This document shows positions 1-10,819 of a stretch of DNA of 25,932 nucleotides, in pieces. The position numbers were made by a program, and so were the translations under genes. The DNA is from Bacteroidales bacterium (GTDB taxonomy: Bacteria; Bacteroidota; Bacteroidia; Bacteroidales; Paludibacteraceae), in the NCBI GenBank assembly GCA_900769035.1, contig CAAGFD010000017.1, positions 1 to 25,932 on the forward strand, in the 5' to 3' direction. A model generated the notes under the pieces. It worked only from the letters and a program-made list of their open reading frames with translations. It ran no database searches and was not told where the DNA came from. Each line of letters opens with the position of its first letter. The first letter of the stretch is position 1.

Positions 1-57
1 GCCGAATAATACTATATATATGTATTAACAATTGATGTATAAAACTTACTGCATATT

Positions 58-100
58 ATAAAGTCCGAAATTATTCACTGATTTCGGACTTTATTTGTTT
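58..100 (+). terminator. Intrinsic terminator-like hairpin, presumably of a gene upstream of the window
   Basis: 14-bp perfect inverted repeat ATAAAGTCCGAAAT (58-71) / ATTTCGGACTTTAT (81-94), followed by T-rich TTGTTT. Confidence 0.75.
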
Positions 101-198
101 AGTGCTTCGGTAGCAGAATGTTTTTTGATTTTCTCATGATATTAACAGAGTGTTGTGATGTGGGAAATTGTACTTAATTCTTAATTCTTTGTGCGCTC

Positions 199-229
199 TT
201 TGCTATGTAGATTCTAATTTGTACCTTTG
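199..229 (+). promoter_or_regulatory. Bacteroidetes primary-sigma promoter (-33/-7) for glf
   Basis: TTTG (199-202), 19 nt, TACCTTTG (222-229); matches TTTG-N19-21-TAnnTTTG, 55 nt before the ATG at 285. Confidence 0.75.
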
Positions 230-284
230 TAAAACATTATTATTGGCAAATAATTTCATATCCTAAATCTTAAATACTGAAGTT

Positions 285-1418
285 ATGCTCGACAAGTATA
301 AATACGATTTCCTTGTGGTGGGGGCGGGACTTTTTGGTGCCGTAGTGGCTTATCGTGTTGCCAAGGCAGGTAAAAAAGTGCTCGTGGTGGACCGCCGTAA
401 TCATATCGGTGGTAATGCCTATTGCTCTGAAATGAATAATATCATTGTGCATCAGTACGGACCTCATATCTTTCATACCGATAATAAAAGGGTGTGGGAC
501 TTTGTCAATTCGCTCTCGGCTTTCAATAGATTTATAAACTCCCCTCTCGCTTTCTATAAAGGGGTGCTCTACAATCTCCCTTTCAATATGAATACTTTTG
601 CTAAGATGTGGGGCGTGAATACTCCGGATGAGGCTTTGAAAATATTGGATATGCAACGTGCCGAGGCTTTGAATAATTTATCCGGCAGAGAGCCGGAAAG
701 CCTTGAGGAACAGGCGCTTTCTCTCGTGGGAAAAGATATTTACGAAAAACTCATCAAGGGCTATACCGAAAAACAATGGGGTCGTCCTTGCTCCGAACTG
801 CCGGCTTTTATTATTAAACGTTTGCCGGTAAGGCTTACTTTCGATAACAACTATTTCAACGATATTTACCAGGGTATCCCGGTAGACGGATATAATCCTA
901 TTTTTGATAAATTACTTGCCGATTGCGATGTGCAACTGAATACCGACTTCATAGAGTGTCGTTCGGAATTAAAAGATATTGCCCGCACTATCATCTATTC
1001 CGGTGCTATTGACGAATATTTCGATTATCGCTTCGGGCATCTTCAATATCGCTCGTTGAAGTTCGATACCGAGACTTTGAATGTGCCTAATTTTCAGGGA
1101 AATGCTGTTGTTAATTATACCGATGGCAAGGTGCCTTACACCCGTATTATAGAGCATAAACATTTCTCCACTTTCGGCGAAGGGGTATATCATAATGCCG
1201 ATACCGTTATTACTAAAGAGTATCCTGCTGAGTGGAAGCCCGGTATGGAGCCTTATTATCCTATTAATAATGAAGATAATAACGCTCTGTATAAGAAGTA
1301 TGCCGAGCTGGTTGCTACCGAGAAAAACGTTGTTTTCGGGGGTAGATTGGCAGAATATAAGTATTACGATATGGACGATATAATAGATTGTGCCTTGTCT
1401 ATTGACTTGGGTCTATAA
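285..1418 (+). CDS. glf: UDP-galactopyranose mutase
   Basis: 377 aa; FAD-binding VVGAGLFG, HIGGNAY, YGPHIFHT, YTEKQWG, YFND.YQGIP..GY, YTRIIEHKHF, EPYYP, GRLAEYKYYDMD. Confidence 0.96.
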   Translation: MLDKYKYDFLVVGAGLFGAVVAYRVAKAGKKVLVVDRRNHIGGNAYCSEMNNIIVHQYGPHIFHTDNKRVWDFVNSLSAFNRFINSPLAFYKGVLYNLPFNMNTFAKMWGVNTPDEALKILDMQRAEALNNLSGREPESLEEQALSLVGKDIYEKLIKGYTEKQWGRPCSELPAFIIKRLPVRLTFDNNYFNDIYQGIPVDGYNPIFDKLLADCDVQLNTDFIECRSELKDIARTIIYSGAIDEYFDYRFGHLQYRSLKFDTETLNVPNFQGNAVVNYTDGKVPYTRIIEHKHFSTFGEGVYHNADTVITKEYPAEWKPGMEPYYPINNEDNNALYKKYAELVATEKNVVFGGRLAEYKYYDMDDIIDCALSIDLGL

Positions 1419-1487
1419 TAGCGTGTAATATATTGTATGCCAACACATTAAAATGCCACTTTGATGTGTAGGTGGCTGAGAATGACA

Positions 1488-2795
1488 TCAATTTATAGTG
1501 GCTTCTTTTATAACGAGGGCAGGGTACGGACTCTTGCCTTTTGTTTTTGGTAAGGTGCCTACTTCTATAATGTTTTGTAGTAGGTCGAGGATATTACCCG
1601 TAATAAGCATCTCGTTAATCGGTTGTGTCAGAATGCCGTTTTCAATCAAAAAGCCCTCTATGCCGTAAGAGAAATCTCCACTTACCGGATTACAATTGCC
1701 TCCAAGGAAGTCTGTAATTAAAATTCCTTTATCTATAGATGTAATGATTTCCGACGTACTGCGTATGCCGGGCGTTACCGTTGTGCAAACCGGTGTTTCC
1801 AAGGTAGTAGGCATATTCATTTTCAGTGAGTAGCGGTAGTTTATAAAATAGTTTTCCAGCACGCCACTCGTAATTATGTTCATATCTCTTGCCGGTAGCC
1901 CGTCCGATGTATATGTTATTGCACCGAGTCTGCCATAAGTCTGTGGTATACACTTTATTGTGAGTAAATCCGACGTTATTTTCTCTCCTATCTTATTGCA
2001 TAAAAAAGAGTGCCTGTCGTAAATGCGACTACCATAGGTTGCCGTAATTAGATTTTCGAGTATGTCGGGTGTTATGTTGTTGTGAATCACTGTGGTATAT
2101 TTGCCGGATGCGATGCGTTTTGCTCCGATTTTTGCCCTTGCATAATTCAATGTTCGTATGCCTATATCTTCGCGCCCTAAATCACTGCCGTTGATATATG
2201 TGCGTGACTCATAATGCTGTCTGTTAGTGCCTTCGCTGTCGTTGATGGTGGCTGTGGTGTAGAGCGTCAGCATCGTGTTTCGGTTCATACCATAGAAGCC
2301 GTTACTGAAGAGGCAGGTTTTCTCGGACTTACTCTTTTGCACTCCGCAAGTAGATGTAATTACGTCTTTATCTGTGTGTTGACCGCTAATGCAAACCTCT
2401 TCTAACTTGTCGAAATCAATTCTGTCGACATTCTCATCATAAAGCCCTAAGTCTACATACCCTCCCTTATAGCATAGCTCAATAGGTAATTGCCTTTCGT
2501 ATGGGTCTTTAGCAAGATATTTTATGTTGTTGATGCCGCTTTTGATAAACCTCTCTAATGCGTCGTGGCTGAGGTGAGAGCAGGTAATGGTGTTGTTGCG
2601 CTCGTTACAATATAGTGAGATGATAATGGTTTGTTGGTTGTTGAAAGAGATGTTCTCTAACTGCCCGTCGGTTCTGACAAGCTTTTCCGTTTCCGAATTG
2701 CTGATATATACGTTGGTTTGTTCCGCTCCGTATTTTTTTGCAGTAGCAATGATGAATTCGGCGAGCTCGAGGGTCTCTTGTTGTATTGTATTCAT
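1488..2795 (-). CDS. pmbA: TldD/PmbA family protein, PmbA/TldE-like (no HExxxH metal motif seen)
   Basis: 435 aa; C-terminal SFL.NKIGEKITS, DGLP, GGNCNPVSGDFSYGIEGFLIENG...PINEMLITGN motifs typical of PmbA/TldE. Confidence 0.8.
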   Translation of the reverse strand: MNTIQQETLELAEFIIATAKKYGAEQTNVYISNSETEKLVRTDGQLENISFNNQQTIIISLYCNERNNTITCSHLSHDALERFIKSGINNIKYLAKDPYERQLPIELCYKGGYVDLGLYDENVDRIDFDKLEEVCISGQHTDKDVITSTCGVQKSKSEKTCLFSNGFYGMNRNTMLTLYTTATINDSEGTNRQHYESRTYINGSDLGREDIGIRTLNYARAKIGAKRIASGKYTTVIHNNITPDILENLITATYGSRIYDRHSFLCNKIGEKITSDLLTIKCIPQTYGRLGAITYTSDGLPARDMNIITSGVLENYFINYRYSLKMNMPTTLETPVCTTVTPGIRSTSEIITSIDKGILITDFLGGNCNPVSGDFSYGIEGFLIENGILTQPINEMLITGNILDLLQNIIEVGTLPKTKGKSPYPALVIKEATIN

Positions 2796-2818
2796 AATGA
2801 TAAATAGTATTTATAGCA

Positions 2819-2847
2819 ACGCCGAAAAGTAACATACTCTTCGGCGT
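2819..2847 (-). terminator. Hairpin between secA and pmbA (possible terminator or mRNA-stabilising stem)
   Basis: ACGCCGAAAAGTA-ACA-TACTCTTCGGCGT inverted repeat with one G.U pair on the minus strand; weak U-tract. Confidence 0.5.
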
Positions 2848-2874
2848 GCAAAATAATATTTTATTCTTAATTAA

Positions 2875-5800
2875 TTAAGCATTTCTACCGTGACAGTTTT
2901 TGTATTTCTTACCGGAGCCGCAAGGGCAAGGGTCGTTACGTCCTACGGTTTTTTCAACGTGGATAGGCTGGGTGACTTGTTTTTCGCGAGTATCTTTATT
3001 GCCGGCGCGTTGGATGTCAGACATGTCTTGCTTTTGAGTATTGTATTTACTATAGTCTTTGTGGCGAGCCTCTTCGGCGCGGCGTACAGGGTCGGATTCG
3101 CGTACCGGTATTTGTGCACGCATAAGTATTTCCGTTATCTTACGGTTGCAGTCGGTAGTCATTCGAGTGAAGAGGTTGAACGATTCGAGCTTGTAGATTA
3201 CGAGCGGATCTTTCTGTTCGTAAGTGGCATTCTGCACTGCAGTTTTAAGGTCGTCGAGGGCGCGGAGGTTCTCTTTCCAGCCTTCGTCGATATTGAGTAG
3301 GAGCAATGCTTTTTCGAATGCTTTTATCACCTCTTTGGAGTCTGACTCATAAGCAGCTTTTAGGTCTACCGGTATGTTGTATTGTCTACGTCCGTCGGTG
3401 ATAGGTATTAATATCTTTTCGTATTGGTTGCCTTGGTCTTCGTATACGCGTTTGATTACCGGGTTTGCTATTTCGGCAAGGCGGTCCATCTTGCGTTTGA
3501 ATACTTCGAACATGGTGTCGGAGAGGGTGTCTATCACTTTTTCCGTTCTCATTTGGCGGAATTCGGCTTCAGAGAGTGGCGATTCTATTGCAAAAATCTT
3601 CATTATCTCGTTACGGAAGCCTTCGTAATCGTTCTCCGGATGGTAAGTATTTACGGTGTTGGCAAGTGTATCGTAAATGGTATTTACGGTTTCCACTCCG
3701 ATGCGTTCACCGAGTAAAGCGTGATGGCGGCGCAGATATACCACTTTACGTTGCATATTCATCACGTCGTCGTATTCGAGCAGGCGTTTACGAATACCGA
3801 AGTTGTTCTCTTCTACCTTCTTTTGAGCTCGTTCGATAGATTTAGATATCATCTGGTGCTCAATCATCTCACCTTCTTGGAATCCGAGGCGGTCCATTAC
3901 TTTGGATATTCTTTCAGAGCCGAAGAGACGCATTAAGTCGTCTTCGAGAGATACGTAGAATACGGAAGAGCCCGGGTCGCCTTGACGTCCTGAACGTCCG
4001 CGTAATTGGCGGTCGACACGGCGGCTTTCGTGGCGCTCGGTACCTATGATGGCAAGACCTCCCGCTGCTTTTACTTCGTCGGTGAGCTTGATATCCGTAC
4101 CACGACCTGCCATGTTGGTAGCTATGGTTACGGTGCCTTTACGTCCTGCTTCTGCTACAATGTCAGCCTCCTTCTGGTGTAGCTTGGCATTCAACACGTT
4201 GTGTTTAATCTTACGTATTGTAAGCATACGGCTGAGGAGCTCGGAAATCTCTACCGATGTAGTACCTACAAGCACAGGACGACCTTCGGAAACGAGTTTT
4301 ACAATCTCTTCTATTACGGCGTTGTACTTCTCGCGTTTGGTTTTGTAGATACGGTCTTCCATATCTATACGGGCTATCGGTTTGTTAGTCGGTATCACCA
4401 CTACGTCGAGTTTGTAAATGTCCCAGAATTCACCTGCTTCCGTCTCTGCAGTACCCGTCATACCGGCGAGTTTGTGGTACATACGGAAGTAGTTTTGTAA
4501 AGTAATGGTAGCGTAAGTCTGTGTGGCTGCCTCAACTTTTACGTGCTCTTTTGCCTCTATGGCTTGGTGTAGTCCGTCGCTATAGCGGCGTCCGTCCATG
4601 ATACGTCCCGTTTGCTCGTCTACGATGAGCACTTTATTGTCCATAACTACGTATTGGTCGTCTTTTATGAACAATGTATATGCTTTAAGGAGTTGGTTTA
4701 CAGTGTGTACACGCTCCGATTTAACGGCATAGTTTTGGAATGCCTCATCTTTTTTAATTTGTTTTTCTTCTTCCGACAAATCGCTCTTTTCTATTTCTGC
4801 GATTTCGGATCCGATATCAGGGAGTACGAAGAATTCAGGGTCTTCGGTTGATCCCGTCATAATATCTATACCTTTATCTGTAAGGTCGATAGTATTTTGT
4901 TTTTCGTTGATAACGAAGAGTAGGGGGTCGGTGGCTATATGCATGTTACGGTTGTTCTCTTGCATATAGAATTCTTCCGTTTTGATAAGGGTTTGTTTGA
5001 TGCCTTGTTCGGAAAGGAATTTGATGAGGGCTTTATTTTTTGGCATCGCTTTATAAGAGCGGAACAGAGCAAGGGCTCCTTCTTCAGCCACTTTTTTATC
5101 TTCGCTATGTATCTTGTTTTTGGCTTCAATAAGGTATTGAGTAGCCATTGCAGACTGTTGTTTTACAAGACGTTCTACGCGAGGGCAGTACTCTTCAAAC
5201 ATCTGGTCTTCGCCTTTAGCTACAGGTCCGGAAATGATGAGTGGTGTACGGGCATCATCGATTAATACGGAGTCTACCTCATCGACGATAGCGTAATGGT
5301 GCTTGCGTTGAACGAGGTCGATAGGCGATGAAGCCATATTGTCGCGGAGGTAATCGAAGCCGAATTCGTTGTTGGTACCAAAGGTGATGTCGGCGTTATA
5401 AGCTTTACGGCGTTCGTCGCTATTCGGTTTGTGCTTGTCGATACAGTCGACGCTGATGCCGTGGAACATATATATCGGGCCCATCCATTCCGAGTCACGC
5501 TTAGAGAGGTAGTCGTTCACGGTAACTACGTGTACGCCGTTGCCTGTGAGGGCGTTAAGGAATACCGGTAGGGTAGCAACGAGGGTTTTACCTTCACCGG
5601 TAGCCATCTCCGCTATCTTGCCTTGGTGCAGTGCCACACCACCAATGAGCTGTACGTCGTAGTGTACCATATCCCATTTGTGCATATTACCGCCCGCTTC
5701 CCATTCGTTGCTGTAGATGGCTTTGTCGCCTTCTATACGTACAAAGTCGTGCTTGGCGGCAAGTTCGCGGTCAAAGTCCGTTGCTGTTACCTCCAGTGTG

Positions 5801-6174
5801 TCGTTCTCTGCAAAGCGACGCGCCGTATCTTTTACTATGGAGAATACTTCAGGCAATATCTTGTTGAGCTCTTCCTCTTGGATGTTGAGAATCTTTTTCT
5901 CTATCTTGTCTATTTCGGAATAAATCTGCTCACGTTTGTTAATCTCCGTATCTTCTACCTTTGCTTTGAGGTTTTCTATTTCGAGTTTACTGCTCTTTAC
6001 CGATTCTGCAAGTCCTGCACGTAGGGCTGCAGTGCGAGCTCGTAATTCATCATTGCTTAATTTGGCTATTGAGGGGTATACCGATTTAATCTTTTCTACT
6101 ATCGGCTTTATCTCTTTTAGGTCTCTTTCGGCTTTATTACCGAATATCTTGCTTAAAAATTCGTTAAATCCCAT
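2875..6174 (-). CDS. secA: Preprotein translocase ATPase SecA
   Basis: 1099 aa; [58 protein letters not shown]-terminal SEC-C motif [19 protein letters not shown]. Confidence 0.99.
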   Translation of the reverse strand: MGFNEFLSKIFGNKAERDLKEIKPIVEKIKSVYPSIAKLSNDELRARTAALRAGLAESVKSSKLEIENLKAKVEDTEINKREQIYSEIDKIEKKILNIQEEELNKILPEVFSIVKDTARRFAENDTLEVTATDFDRELAAKHDFVRIEGDKAIYSNEWEAGGNMHKWDMVHYDVQLIGGVALHQGKIAEMATGEGKTLVATLPVFLNALTGNGVHVVTVNDYLSKRDSEWMGPIYMFHGISVDCIDKHKPNSDERRKAYNADITFGTNNEFGFDYLRDNMASSPIDLVQRKHHYAIVDEVDSVLIDDARTPLIISGPVAKGEDQMFEEYCPRVERLVKQQSAMATQYLIEAKNKIHSEDKKVAEEGALALFRSYKAMPKNKALIKFLSEQGIKQTLIKTEEFYMQENNRNMHIATDPLLFVINEKQNTIDLTDKGIDIMTGSTEDPEFFVLPDIGSEIAEIEKSDLSEEEKQIKKDEAFQNYAVKSERVHTVNQLLKAYTLFIKDDQYVVMDNKVLIVDEQTGRIMDGRRYSDGLHQAIEAKEHVKVEAATQTYATITLQNYFRMYHKLAGMTGTAETEAGEFWDIYKLDVVVIPTNKPIARIDMEDRIYKTKREKYNAVIEEIVKLVSEGRPVLVGTTSVEISELLSRMLTIRKIKHNVLNAKLHQKEADIVAEAGRKGTVTIATNMAGRGTDIKLTDEVKAAGGLAIIGTERHESRRVDRQLRGRSGRQGDPGSSVFYVSLEDDLMRLFGSERISKVMDRLGFQEGEMIEHQMISKSIERAQKKVEENNFGIRKRLLEYDDVMNMQRKVVYLRRHHALLGERIGVETVNTIYDTLANTVNTYHPENDYEGFRNEIMKIFAIESPLSEAEFRQMRTEKVIDTLSDTMFEVFKRKMDRLAEIANPVIKRVYEDQGNQYEKILIPITDGRRQYNIPVDLKAAYESDSKEVIKAFEKALLLLNIDEGWKENLRALDDLKTAVQNATYEQKDPLVIYKLESFNLFTRMTTDCNRKITEILMRAQIPVRESDPVRRAEEARHKDYSKYNTQKQDMSDIQRAGNKDTREKQVTQPIHVEKTVGRNDPCPCGSGKKYKNCHGRNA

Positions 6175-6202
6175 ATTAATATATTGTTGTTTATAGAGAA
6201 TG

Positions 6203-6210
6203 CAAAGTTA
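6203..6210 (-). promoter_or_regulatory. Bacteroidetes -7 promoter box for secA
   Basis: CAAAGTTA on + reads TAACTTTG on -, 28 nt upstream of the secA start. Confidence 0.6.
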
Positions 6211-6217
6211 CAAATAA

Positions 6218-7366
6218 TTATTTTGTTACGCAATATTTTTTTCTGTTGCTTTTTATAACGAAAGAAAATACGGAAATTGTTCCGGTGATGGTGATGTAGA
6301 ATGGGTAGAATATCGACATTAACGGCATATAATACAGTAGGTTTCGCCTATTTATAATCCTTAAATAAGGGATGAGGGCGAAGCAGTCGATAGCGAGCTT
6401 GATTATATAAGCCATAATGCTTAATATCCATAGGTTGTGTGCAAATAGAGTGGCTGTGTAAATCGACGCAAGCATGATGTTCGTTACAGCCGTAATAGTG
6501 GCGGTGACGATAGTGAATTTGTCGGTATAGGCGGGCAGTTTGCCTATCCATCTCTTTCGTTGTGTAAAGAAGTCGAGCGGTGCATCATTCCCCAATGTAG
6601 ATATTATCTGCTCGGGAGTAAAGAGGTAACATATTTTGCCTTTGGAGGCTTTGATATTATGGAGCATGAACATGTCATCACCCGATGGTATGTCGCTCCT
6701 TATTCCGGACACGTTTTGTAAATACACATCACGCCGCACTATCATATTTGCCCCGTTGCACATTATAGGTTTGCCCATCATGGCAGCGCCTGCCGTTACG
6801 GCTTGTAGACTGCAAAAGTCGAGTATCTCAAAGGCGCGAAACGGATTTGTAATTTTTTTGCCCTCTGCTGTGGCATCGTTCTTGTCTTTGTAATGCAATT
6901 TAACGCCACCAAGTAGCATATCCGTATCATGTGTAGTTAGGAATATTTTGGCTTTAAGGCAGAACTCTTCCGGCAGAATGCAGTCGGCATCCGTAAAGAG
7001 GATGTATTTGCAACTGCTCTGTGTAACTCCTTCAAGAAGAGCGGCTTTTTTGCCTTGTCCCGAGCTTTTCAGTACTTGTACATTCGGCATTTTAACAGCA
7101 AAAGATTGCAGAATGCTATACGTATTGTCGGTAGAATTGTCGTCGACAAAGATAATCTCTTTCGGCATGGAGTGTTGCTTTTCGATTGACTCCAAAAGGG
7201 CAGGTAGATTTTCCGCTTCGTTTTTGCATGCCACTACTATAGCTATTCTGCCGTCGGTATCTATAGTGTCGGCTGCGGAATATTGTTTGGGGATATATAG
7301 TCTTATACTGAAATATATTATCAGAGCTACGTATGGCAGTAGTAGTAAGAATAAAATTGCTTCCAT
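6218..7366 (-). CDS. Family 2 glycosyltransferase, membrane-anchored
   Basis: 382 aa; N-terminal TM segment, VACKNE, VDDNSTD, GKKAAL, FTDADC (DxD), SGDD, QRKRW (QxxRW), several C-terminal TM helices. Confidence 0.88.
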   Translation of the reverse strand: MEAILFLLLLPYVALIIYFSIRLYIPKQYSAADTIDTDGRIAIVVACKNEAENLPALLESIEKQHSMPKEIIFVDDNSTDNTYSILQSFAVKMPNVQVLKSSGQGKKAALLEGVTQSSCKYILFTDADCILPEEFCLKAKIFLTTHDTDMLLGGVKLHYKDKNDATAEGKKITNPFRAFEILDFCSLQAVTAGAAMMGKPIMCNGANMIVRRDVYLQNVSGIRSDIPSGDDMFMLHNIKASKGKICYLFTPEQIISTLGNDAPLDFFTQRKRWIGKLPAYTDKFTIVTATITAVTNIMLASIYTATLFAHNLWILSIMAYIIKLAIDCFALIPYLRIINRRNLLYYMPLMSIFYPFYITITGTISVFSFVIKSNRKKYCVTK

Positions 7367-7411
7367 CGGGCTGAATTGTGAAAGTTAATTATGTCCGGTT
7401 TCTATCTCTTG

Positions 7412-7419
7412 CAAAGTTA
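7412..7419 (-). promoter_or_regulatory. Bacteroidetes -7 promoter box for the GT2 gene
   Basis: CAAAGTTA on + reads TAACTTTG on -, 45 nt upstream of the start. Confidence 0.55.
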
Positions 7420-7489
7420 AGGAAAATATTTTGGATTATTAGTGAATTGTGTAAATTATTTGATAAGTGAGTGTGGAAGTATAGTGCAT

Positions 7490-7527
7490 AAAAAGAGTGC
7501 ATAGAGAAAATCCCTATGCACTCCTTT
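7490..7527 (-). terminator. Intrinsic terminator of the LRR gene
   Basis: GAGTGCATAG (7495-7504) / CTATGCACTC (7514-7523) stem with an A-run on its left, i.e. a U-tract on the minus strand; ~20 nt after the stop. Confidence 0.8.
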
Positions 7528-7547
7528 GTGGTATTAGTAGTTTATAA

Positions 7548-9779
7548 CTATTTCGTGATACTTACTTTTTGCACCGCTTTGTCGGTTCTGATGATGTAAA
7601 TACCGTTGAGGTTACCGTTTAGGTTTGTAACGTCGCGACCGACAACATCGTAGATACGGAATTCACCATCGTAATGTACAGTGCCGTTTTCTACCCAAAG
7701 GTTTTCGATAACAGCCTCTTCTACAGCAGTAGGGTTAAGCTCAGTCTTACCTTGGATGTCTAAGAACTCTTGCCATACAGGTGCGTTTTGATAGTCGGTA
7801 AGTGCCACTTCAGGCACTACAAGGCGTGCACTGTCTTTTATTATTTCATTGAAATTGTCGGTAAAAGTAGTACTTTCGAATACAGCAGGAGTAACGTTTT
7901 TACATATAATAGTGCGGATATTTGGGCTATAAGTGAAAGCATCCTTTTCTATGTTTGTAACTTTTTTACCTATATCAATTCTTTCCAAGTTTGAACACCA
8001 AGAAAAAGTAGATTTTTTGATTGTTGTTACATTATTTGGTATAGATACTGAAGTGAAAAAATTTCCTGCAAAGGCGCCTTCTCCTATCTCGGTTACCGAT
8101 GTAGGTAAGTTAAGCACTTTTAAAGCAGCATAACTAAAAGCTAATTTTCCGATTGTTTCTAAACCGTCGTTGAAGATGACATTATTTAAGTTACTGTAAT
8201 AGAAAGCTTCATCGTCTATTTCTTTCAAGCTGGATGGTAATTTAATTACCTTTTGTTGATATTTAGATAAAGGGTAAGTATCGTAGAAAGCTTTATAACC
8301 TATTTTGGATACAGGATAGTTTACTCCTTGATAACTAACATATTCCGGAATGACGATAGTGTCGTTTTGGAATAGAGAGTAATAGCATTTGTTGTAGATT
8401 GTATCAATAGTAGTAATTGTTGCTTCGTTATTGTCGAGATAATAGAAGAATCCGTTGTCGTATTCGTCACTCTCTACAATATTCATATCTTTCCAATACA
8501 GGTCGGCTTTGTATGTGTTTATGTAAGGGGAGTCTACTTCTACAGTAATGTTTGCTTGGTTGTCGGCTGTGAAAGATACATCACATGGGTTTATTGAAGT
8601 GGCGACTATTGAGGTCAGATTACTACAATTGTCGAATGCAAGAAAGCCTATTGTATTGATGTTTTCACCTAAGATGATTTTCTCTAATGGAGTGTTATAA
8701 AATGCATAACTTCCAATATTTTGTACTGTGTTTGGTATGTATATATTCTTCAATTTTGTGTTGGCAAATGCGCTTCTGTTAATAGAGCGTAATGTAAGAG
8801 GCAATATTACCTCGGTTATATTTCTGCCATAATAAGCGGAATCCCCGATAGTTTCTATAGGATAATAATTAGAATTAATTATCATGTCGCCTAAATTGCC
8901 ATTTGTAGAACCTACAACCAACGTTTTTGTGGTTTTGTCAATAAGGCCGTAACCACCACTGTATCTTTTGTTTTTATAGCTTACATAAAAAGTTTCCAAG
9001 CTATCGCAAGTTTTGAACATTGTTGCATTGATATCTGCTGTACAGGTGTCTAAATCTACTTCTTTTAAACTTCTACAATTTTCAAATGCGTAATCACCTA
9101 TTGACCTTACATTTCTTGGTATATCTATATATTTGAGTGAAGAGCAATTATAGAATAACATTTTTGGCAATGTAGTTATATTCCCATGAGTGAGGTTTGT
9201 CACTCTTACTAAATTTGTGCAATCACTAAATACACCTTCGTCTAAAAAAACAACGTTATTTAAATTAATTGATGTTAGTGCTTCGCAATAGCGGAAGGCC
9301 TTTTTGAATATAAATCCACCTGCATTGTCGTCGAACGTTAATGAACAATTTGTCATTTTATCACATTTGTAGAAAGCAAATTCATAAATAGAGTTTATTC
9401 CAGTGCTTCCATACTTCATTGTTACGGAAGTTAGATTACGACAAGCATAGAATGCAGAGTCTTTGATTGATTGTACGAATTTAGGAAGAGTGATAGATGT
9501 GATGGTAGAATTTTTAAATGCACCTTGCTTGATATAGCGTACTTCGTAAGCATCAATGCCTTCTTCACTTGTACTGATTGAGTCCGGAATTACAATATTA
9601 CCTGTATAAGGTGTTACCGGGGTGGAACCTGTGTACTCGCGAGGGTTACATACATAAGCATAACGGTCAGTGCCATTTGATGTCAACCAGTACACTAATG
9701 TGCCATCGTAATAATAGCGCCCTGCAAAAGCAGAACATGCTAATGACAGAACAAAAAATAATGTAAATAGTTTTTTCAT
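7548..9779 (-). CDS. BspA-like leucine-rich-repeat (LRR_5) surface protein with signal peptide and probable T9SS C-terminal sorting domain
   Basis: 743 aa; signal peptide MKKLFTLFFVLSLACSAFA; many IPxxVxxIGxxAFxxCxxL repeats; C-terminal IYDVVGR...GIYII...QKVSITK. Confidence 0.88.
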   Translation of the reverse strand: MKKLFTLFFVLSLACSAFAGRYYYDGTLVYWLTSNGTDRYAYVCNPREYTGSTPVTPYTGNIVIPDSISTSEEGIDAYEVRYIKQGAFKNSTITSITLPKFVQSIKDSAFYACRNLTSVTMKYGSTGINSIYEFAFYKCDKMTNCSLTFDDNAGGFIFKKAFRYCEALTSINLNNVVFLDEGVFSDCTNLVRVTNLTHGNITTLPKMLFYNCSSLKYIDIPRNVRSIGDYAFENCRSLKEVDLDTCTADINATMFKTCDSLETFYVSYKNKRYSGGYGLIDKTTKTLVVGSTNGNLGDMIINSNYYPIETIGDSAYYGRNITEVILPLTLRSINRSAFANTKLKNIYIPNTVQNIGSYAFYNTPLEKIILGENINTIGFLAFDNCSNLTSIVATSINPCDVSFTADNQANITVEVDSPYINTYKADLYWKDMNIVESDEYDNGFFYYLDNNEATITTIDTIYNKCYYSLFQNDTIVIPEYVSYQGVNYPVSKIGYKAFYDTYPLSKYQQKVIKLPSSLKEIDDEAFYYSNLNNVIFNDGLETIGKLAFSYAALKVLNLPTSVTEIGEGAFAGNFFTSVSIPNNVTTIKKSTFSWCSNLERIDIGKKVTNIEKDAFTYSPNIRTIICKNVTPAVFESTTFTDNFNEIIKDSARLVVPEVALTDYQNAPVWQEFLDIQGKTELNPTAVEEAVIENLWVENGTVHYDGEFRIYDVVGRDVTNLNGNLNGIYIIRTDKAVQKVSITK

Positions 9780-9908
9780 TGTGATTTAAATTTTAAATTA
9801 TTGATTTTAAATATTTTTAATGGTAAAAAAGGTTGGGACATTATACTTATGATAGGGACTAAACTTCATATTATATATGGGACACTCTTCTACCAATATT
9901 TTTCGGTG

Positions 9909-9916
9909 CAAATATA
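9909..9916 (-). promoter_or_regulatory. Bacteroidetes -7 promoter box for the LRR gene
   Basis: CAAATATA on + reads TATATTTG on -, ~130 nt upstream of the start. Confidence 0.5.
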
Positions 9917-9958
9917 GTATTTTTTTGGCATATTAAGGCTTTGTTTTGAAAAAAAATT

Positions 9959-10741
9959 TTATTCCCAATTGATTTTCGGAATGTTGTTATTTGTAAGCCA
10001 TTGATTTACAGCTACAAATTGATTTGAGCCCCAAAAGGAATTATCGCACAATCTGCCGAAATTATTACGTATGAAAGGATTTTTTGTAAGAGTTGTTACG
10101 CCTCTATGGTTGTAAATCATCTCGTGACCTTTCATTTTTTCCGGCTTTGAGGTTTTACCCCATGATAGCCCTGAGGGGTGTGTGGATGAATAAATGATAT
10201 GTTTTGAAGTATCTATATAATCCGACAGTTTTATAGCGCTGTTGCCCCACAGCATAAATGCGATGTTATTGTATTGTTGGCTCAGCTGTTTTATTATCTC
10301 GGATGTGAATTGTTGCCAACCGAATTTCCGGTGGCTATCTGCTTTGCCCGCCTCCACAGTGAGTGTGGCATTCAGCAGTAGTACCCCTTGAGTAGCCCAA
10401 CGTTCAAGGTTGCCCGTTGGCAGAGTGGCTATGTCGAGCTCCATTTCTATTTCTTGAAAGATGTGGTTTAGAGAACTCGGTATCTTTACACCATATGGTA
10501 CTGAAAAAGCCAATCCGTGCGCCTGCCCCGGCTCGTGATATGGGTCTTGCCCGATAATAACTACTTTTACATCTTTTGGTTTGGTGAGCTCCAATGCACG
10601 GAAGATGTTCTTTTCTGTCGGATATACTGTGGTGGTGGCGTAAGCGTCGGCAATTTTCTTTTCCAACATACGGAAGTCATTGCTACTTAAGTAGCTGTTT
10701 AGTAGCTCTTGCCATTCTGCGGGTATTAATTCTTTCAGCAT
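9959..10741 (-). CDS. ung: Uracil-DNA glycosylase, family 1, with an extended leucine loop
   Basis: 260 aa; VKVVIIGQDPYH, AHGLAFSV, WATQGVLLLNATLTV, SH..FGW, FMLWG, HPSGLS, terminal PKINWE. Confidence 0.93.
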   Translation of the reverse strand: MLKELIPAEWQELLNSYLSSNDFRMLEKKIADAYATTTVYPTEKNIFRALELTKPKDVKVVIIGQDPYHEPGQAHGLAFSVPYGVKIPSSLNHIFQEIEMELDIATLPTGNLERWATQGVLLLNATLTVEAGKADSHRKFGWQQFTSEIIKQLSQQYNNIAFMLWGNSAIKLSDYIDTSKHIIYSSTHPSGLSWGKTSKPEKMKGHEMIYNHRGVTTLTKNPFIRNNFGRLCDNSFWGSNQFVAVNQWLTNNNIPKINWE

Positions 10742-10763
10742 TTCTTGGTGTTTTGTGAGTGCA

Positions 10764-10771
10764 CAAAAGTA
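10764..10771 (-). promoter_or_regulatory. Bacteroidetes -7 promoter box for ung
   Basis: CAAAAGTA on + reads TACTTTTG on -, 22 nt upstream of the start. Confidence 0.55.
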
Positions 10772-10819
10772 ATATTTTTTCTTCGATTTAGGCTTTTATT
10801 TCCGCCTAAAAATACGCAC

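Noticed and set aside
1488..2795. pmbA without an adjacent tldD as an anomaly
   Set aside because: The two genes are often unlinked and tldD may lie outside the window
2890..6196. Numerous short ORFs overlapping secA (and similar ones over glf, the TonB receptor and topA)
   Set aside because: They are antisense or alternative-frame shadows of long conserved genes
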